From positions 32,001-96,000 of the IMG/VR virus record IMGVR_UViG_3300046526_000553: 64,000 nt of DNA. One strand, written 5' to 3'. The position numbers and the translations under genes were made by a program. Shown in pieces: positions 60,452 through 64,000 of the stretch. The first letter of the stretch is position 1. The number at the start of each line of letters is the position of its first letter. The notes under the pieces were generated by a model. The model saw nothing but the letters and a program-made list of their open reading frames with translations, ran no database searches and was not told the origin of the DNA. This DNA comes from a virus. Taxonomy: Duplodnaviria; Caudoviricetes.

Positions 60452-60763
60452 CTACTTATTAATCTTAGTTACCGACAGGCTTTTATAAGTGTTAACGTAC
60501 TTGCCATTTTGCCAATTCATGAAACGCCAATTTTGTGGACTTGTCCCGCAAGCCTCTATAAATTTGTGTTCATCAAACTTGTGATATCGTTGCAAGCTAT
60601 TACGCATCCCCAAGGTTAACCCCCAAAGCGTGTCAAGCTCTTTTGCTAAGTCTGCCCGCTCCTGATTATCGTATGATGCTTTGTGCATCCTATACACTGC
60701 TAATGTTGCTCGCGCTTCGCGTTCTATCACACCTGCAATTAATTCAAAGTCTTTTTTTGTCAT
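60452..60763 (-). CDS. hypothetical protein (MTKKDFELIA family)
   Basis: MTKKDFELIA...FDEHKFIEAC. Confidence 0.65.
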   Translation of the reverse strand: MTKKDFELIAGVIEREARATLAVYRMHKASYDNQERADLAKELDTLWGLTLGMRNSLQRYHKFDEHKFIEACGTSPQNWRFMNWQNGKYVNTYKSLSVTKINK

Positions 60764-63001
60764 GTCTTTTGCTCCGTTCTGCTAAGACTGACAACTAAGT
60801 GCATATATTATTTTATTTAAATTGTTAAGTTTCATACTAGCGTTTTATGCTAGTATCTATAGGATACACCAGCATTAAAATTAACGCAAAGTTTAAATTA
60901 CATCATGCTTGTGTATAACTCTGTATCTGTTAAGCATACATTTTACGACGTGCCATTTATTTATAATAACGCTCGTGTATACATCTTTTTAATTTAAAAC
61001 GCTTATATATGCCCTTTAATGCTAATTAAAGCATTTATCCCTAACATCTTATAGCGTGCTATTTTGAGCAATAAAAAACGGGGCATTTCTGCCCCGCTCC
61101 TTAGTATCTGTTACTTTGCTTGTAATGATGTTCCCTTTTCCGTAGCTTCTTTTCAAGCGCGTGCAATTCGCTTAATATCTGCTTGAGCTTGTCCAAGTCG
61201 CTCACGCTCGCATATGTACCGTTTTTAGCTGCATACTGCATATATGCGATATGGTTCGCCATTTCCTGCCCACTCACTTGATAGACACCCGTATATCACC
61301 CAGGTAACCATTTACTGTTTTTGTGCTCAAGTATTTTTTAATATCAATCATTTGATTATTACCTTATCACCACCGTTAATTGATATTTGCGCTTGCCCCT
61401 TGCGGTTTAATGCTTTTCCAATTGACTCATATACAATTGATTCCGGCATTTTATACCCCTTTTATTTATTAGTTTGATAAACCCTTAAGTATCATTAAAC
61501 CCATTTAATAATGATACCCTTTCGACGCTCATACAAGCGCCGTAAGCATACCGCTAGTTAAATACCCCGATGTATCCAAGTATGATAAACGCGACTATTG
61601 CCCCGCCGATTAGCTCATACATGGATATTAGCTGTTTTTGTTTTTGCATTGTTTACATTCCCCGTTTATATGTTTTTTAAATATCCTTGCTAGTGCTATA
61701 GCATAAGCAATACCGATACTATACACCACAAGTAAGAAAATAACCATAGCAATATACATTTTGTTTACCCTTTCATTTTTTACCGATATATATGTTTATA
61801 GCCAGCAATATAATTTGCTTTTTGCCATTACAGCAAGTGGCACATAATTTTATCTCCTTATTATCTTATGCACTTGATACGCTCATACTTGACTAACGGT
61901 ATTACTTTATTTGACGGTTATGTATTTTATTTCTGGTCTTTAAATGAATGCATCCACTCACTAAGTATTGTTCTAGCCTCGTACTTGTCCAATCCAAATT
62001 CATCCATAAGATACGGACTAGCGCCGAACATATTTGTTACACCGCTTTCCCGTAATTCATTTAAATAGTCAAAGTATTCTTGTTTTGTATCATTTGGCAT
62101 GTTGACCTCAATTTCTTGTTAGTCAAGTATTAGCGCATAAGTTACATTTCAAATTGTTAAGTTTCGTATACAAGTATTCAACCTGTATTAATAACGACTA
62201 TACACCAGCACAAATATAAAGCAAGCACTATTTTTATGACTTTTCCACAGGCCGTAAAAAGTGGGTCGTAAAATAATATCACCCCAGTTAAAAACACGAT
62301 ATTTTGCGACGTTCAATAATTCTTACGCTTGTGTATGTGTATTCAACTTTCAATTTTAAACCTCTTACGCTTGAGCCGACCCCTGTTAAATTTGTCATGT
62401 TATAATATACTTTTTATACCATATTACTATATATACAATAATGCTAGTATATGCAAAATGCATTGTATACATGGCTTTTTTATTTTAGTAACTATACATT
62501 TTAATTATTAAAGCTTTTTGCATTTTTTATGTTTTACCATAATAATCGCATATCATTAAATTATGATATATCATGTTTTTTAGTTTGCAGGTTCAATAAT
62601 TGAGTCATTAAATAGTTTAATACATAAAGCTTATGCTTTTTCATGGTATGCCATAACTTGCCCATATGCATAATCAAGTATATAAAAATACCGGCTTGAT
62701 TTGCCGGTATTTTATGTCTTTTAATACTTTTTATTTTTAAACTAATTTCTTAACTCGTATCACTTTTTTTGCACTCGTTAACGCAAGCATTAATTTTTTG
62801 GCTTCTTTTGCGCTCCCGCATTGCACCAGTTGCGCGGGCTGATGTGAGTTTACTATTACTTCATATAGGTGTTGCATCGTTTATTATTCCTTATTACTTA
62901 TTGTCGGATATATAGCGTGTACTATTTGCTTATGCTTAATATACCATTTAACAGTTTTATAGCCCTTTTTACAGTCCAAACAGTTGTAATAGCTCATATT
63001 C

Positions 63002-63292
63002 TTACTTTACCTCTAGCCAACAATGTGCATCGATATTGTCATTACTACATAAAAATTCACTGCTTGTCAGATTTTCCATATTATAGCACTTATCCCATGC
63101 TTTACTAGCTTTTGCTATCCAATCCCCAGTATTAGCAGTTTTATTATTATGCGCTTGCATGCATGCTTGATATGTAGCCCTATAATCTGATTGTGTAATA
63201 GCTTGAGCTTTTGGCGCTTCGTGCGCTATCAACCCCGCCGTTGCTAGTAATAACAAATAGCTACCACTTAATAACATTGTTGATATTTTCAT
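63002..63292 (-). CDS. small secreted protein
   Basis: Signal peptide and an AAGGGG RBS. Confidence 0.6.
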   Translation of the reverse strand: MKISTMLLSGSYLLLLATAGLIAHEAPKAQAITQSDYRATYQACMQAHNNKTANTGDWIAKASKAWDKCYNMENLTSSEFLCSNDNIDAHCWLEVK

Positions 63293-63677
63293 TTTTACCC
63301 CTTATTTTTAAATTGCTTTAGTATTATTTTTAATACCTGAGTATATCATAAGCCATTGCTAGTGTATAAGCAAGGGTTTTTTAAGCCATTTTAAGCCTGT
63401 TTAAGCGTAGTTTACTTACTACCCTGTGAATGTATCAAGTATACAAAAACGCCCCTTACGGGGCGCTTGTGGTAGTGGCTAGCTGTTAATCTTATCAAGC
63501 GGTTTTAGTACCCTGTTGATAAGTGTCAGATTATTATGCTTACACTTTACAGTAACAATGTACTATCATCATTACTGTACTTACTATTATACGCTAGTCT
63601 GTACAAAATGTCAAGTATATTTTTAATAATCTTAAACAAAATACGAACAAAAATAAACCACCTATTATAGTGGTTTA

Positions 63678-63733
63678 TTGCCTTGACCTGATGCGACTAG
63701 CCTGGACGTGCCCCAAGGCGTCACGATAAGCCA
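63678..63733 (-). repeat. solo pentamer-periodic unit followed by a terminator
   Basis: ggc ttatc gtgac gcctt ggggc acgtc caggc tagtc gcatc aggtc aaggc. Confidence 0.5.
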
Positions 63734-63745
63734 TTATACTAGTTT

Positions 63746-64000
63746 TTATTGATTAATCAAGTGTAACTTAATGCTTGAGTTATACCATGCTCGATAACCT
63801 GAATTTTGAAATATCTGGTATGCATACTTTGCATTATAATCAGGATTAAGCAACAGTTTTGCACTGGGGCGCGAATAAGCAAGTTTGCCGTATCGGTTCA
63901 CTTGAAAACATGACCAACTATCATCATGTGTTATGTCACTGTATAGATGCGCGTTAGGGTTACCACCACTTTCAAGCATCATAATATGTATTGCGTTTGT
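63746..64000 (-). CDS. lytic transglycosylase (SLT-like), 5'-truncated
   Basis: ESGGNPNA..DSWSCFQVN..LLNPDYNAKYAY..GYRAW. Confidence 0.75.
   Translation of the reverse strand, partial: TNAIHIMMLESGGNPNAHLYSDITHDDSWSCFQVNRYGKLAYSRPSAKLLLNPDYNAKYAYQIFQNSGYRAWYNSSIKLHLINQ

Noticed and set aside
1-64000. Alternative genetic code (stop-codon recoding)
   Set aside because: Large genes are intact in code 11, and TGA/TAG end genes at sensible positions.

Overview
A 64-kb segment of a large tailed-phage (HK97-fold) genome read in standard code 11. The host is probably Patescibacteria/Saccharibacteria (inference). Left to right it holds: (1) a Mom-like DNA-modification gene fragment and HNH endonucleases; (2) a minus-strand head module (portal-MuF fusion, about 20 kb of fibre/beta-helix genes, prohead protease-scaffold, major capsid); (3) groES/groEL; (4) an RNA island with 24 CCA-encoding tRNAs in three operons, three structured ncRNAs and a Ro60/TROVE gene with three Y-RNA-like repeats; (5) a RAMP/Cas7-like gene with 5-nt-periodic repeat arrays; (6) small mosaic ORFs; (7) a passenger-carrying IS1595 element; (8) single-gene early-type cassettes. 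Two candidate systems stand out. First, each tRNA operon is preceded by a leaderless leader peptide plus terminator/antiterminator, and the leader codons match that operon's tRNAs; together the three sets partition the 20 amino acids. This looks like ribosome-stalling attenuation that switches on replacement tRNAs. Second, a RAMP-like protein sits with NN-GTC pentamer arrays, and solo units are dispersed elsewhere, suggesting an RNA-guided system. All calls were made by eye and no database searches were run.
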